Assembly (NCBI GenBank): GCA_963666285.1
Contig: OY762711.1
Direction: 5' to 3' (one strand)
Length of the DNA stretch: 64,000 nt
Origin: Sedimentisphaerales bacterium
Lineage (GTDB): Bacteria > Planctomycetota > Phycisphaerae > Sedimentisphaerales > SM23-30
Both the position numbers and the translations under genes were made by a program. The notes below the pieces were generated by a model. The model saw nothing but the letters and a program-made list of their open reading frames with translations, did no database searches and was not told the origin of the DNA. This document shows positions 62,799-64,000 of this stretch, one piece after another; position 1 is the first letter of the stretch; every line of letters begins with the position of its first letter.

Positions 62799-64000
62799 TT
62801 AAGCACCTCCAAGCCGATACGGTTTCCGGCTCTCAAATTCAGCTCTTTTACCATCATTCCATTGATCTACCGGACGCAAATACCCTACAACCCGTGCATA
62901 TACCTCTGAACTCTTACCGCAATCTGGGCAGTTCTCATGCTTTCCGCTAATATACCCATGGTCCGGACAAACACTGAAAATCGGAGATATTGTAAAATAC
63001 GGCAGATGATAATTTCTACACACTTTCCTTATAAACTGTTTTAATGCCTGAGGATCGGACACAGCTTCGCCCAGAAATACATGCAAAACGGTACCGCCGG
63101 TATATTTTGCCTGTAACTCATCTTGCAATTCCAAAACCTGCCATAAATCACTGGTATATTCAACTGGCAGCTGAGTAGAATTAGAATAAACTCTAGGCTC
63201 AGGCCTACCATTAGCCTCTTCATGGCAAGACATATCTGAATATTTCACAAAATCAAGTTTAGCCAGTCGATAAGATGTCCCTTCCGCCGGTGTAGCCTCC
63301 AGGTTATACATATTCCCTGTCTGCTCCTGATATTCCAATAGCTGTTCACGCATGTGGTCCAAAACTTCAGACGCAAATCGTCTGCCAACCTCAGAACCAA
63401 TATCTTCCCCTAAAAGATTAATGCATGCTTCGTTCATACCTATAAGGCCAATTGTTGAGAAATGATTATGCCAGTATTGTTTATGATTCTGAGCAACATA
63501 TCGTAAATAGTATTTTGTATAAGGATATAGATTTTTATCTGTAAACTTTTCCAGCAGTTTCCGCTTAGTTTCCAAGCTCTCTTTGGCCTTCTCCATCAGC
63601 ACATCAAGACGACTAAAGAAGTCCTCTCTATCAGTTGCCAGATGCCCCAGCCGAGGCATATTAATGGTTACCACACCAATCGATCCGGTTAGAGGATTAG
63701 CACCAAACAACCCGCCACCTCTTTTCTCCAGGTGACGCAAATCCAGTCTCAGTCTACAGCACATACTGCGGGCATCTTCAGGATCCATATCAGAATTAAC
63801 ATAATTTGCAAAATAAGGTATACCATACTTCGCTGTCACTTTCCACAACAGGTCAAGCTCCGGGTTCTCCCAGTCGAAGTCGCTACCGATATTGTAAGTT
63901 GGGATGGGAAAAGTAAATACCCTGCCATTAGCATCCCCTTCAGCCATAACCTCCAGAAAAGCCTGGTTAAACATATTCATCTCATTTTGAAATTCAGAAT
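62799..64000 (-). CDS. nrdD: Anaerobic (class III) ribonucleoside-triphosphate reductase, C-terminal part (runs off the right edge)
   Basis: FTFPIPTYN, SMCCRL, EATPAEG, CxxH/CxxC zinc site and YARVVGYLRPV glycyl-radical loop. Confidence 0.95.
   Translation of the reverse strand, partial: SEFQNEMNMFNQAFLEVMAEGDANGRVFTFPIPTYNIGSDFDWENPELDLLWKVTAKYGIPYFANYVNSDMDPEDARSMCCRLRLDLRHLEKRGGGLFGANPLTGSIGVVTINMPRLGHLATDREDFFSRLDVLMEKAKESLETKRKLLEKFTDKNLYPYTKYYLRYVAQNHKQYWHNHFSTIGLIGMNEACINLLGEDIGSEVGRRFASEVLDHMREQLLEYQEQTGNMYNLEATPAEGTSYRLAKLDFVKYSDMSCHEEANGRPEPRVYSNSTQLPVEYTSDLWQVLELQDELQAKYTGGTVLHVFLGEAVSDPQALKQFIRKVCRNYHLPYFTISPIFSVCPDHGYISGKHENCPDCGKSSEVYARVVGYLRPVDQWNDGKRAEFESRKPYRLGGA

Overview
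This is a gene-dense bacterial chromosomal segment. The sulfatase, GH2/GH95 hydrolases, several secreted proteins ending in a dockerin-like 'GxCxVDLxDFAxxAxxW' motif, and the prs-rplY-pth-rpsF-ssb-rpsR-rplI-dnaB order suggest an anaerobic planctomycete (Phycisphaerae/Sedimentisphaerales-like); this taxonomy is inference. Most of the window is housekeeping (acpS, lepB, folK, gltX, dus, pyrC, ilvE, dxs, dnaB, ribosomal proteins, prs, tRNA-Gln, metE, dcd, nrdD/nrdG) mixed with secreted multi-domain proteins, chemosensory/O2-sensing genes and a GT9-radical SAM-glycosyltransferase operon. The most unusual part is 55.7-59.0 kb, which has no credible ORF other than one transposase. It is a co-oriented mosaic of heptamer/decamer tracts and REP-like 'GCGTCAGC-TTTAAA...GACACC' hairpin modules. 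An IS110 (IS1111-type) element has inserted into it, and the element's downstream non-coding region contains a readable bridge-RNA target-binding loop whose two guides match the TTCGTG-repeat site it occupies. Other points of note are an XRE-like HTH inserted in GluRS, an A1-U72 tRNA-Gln, and three candidate structured RNAs. All calls come from reading the sequence and ORF translations; no database searches were run.
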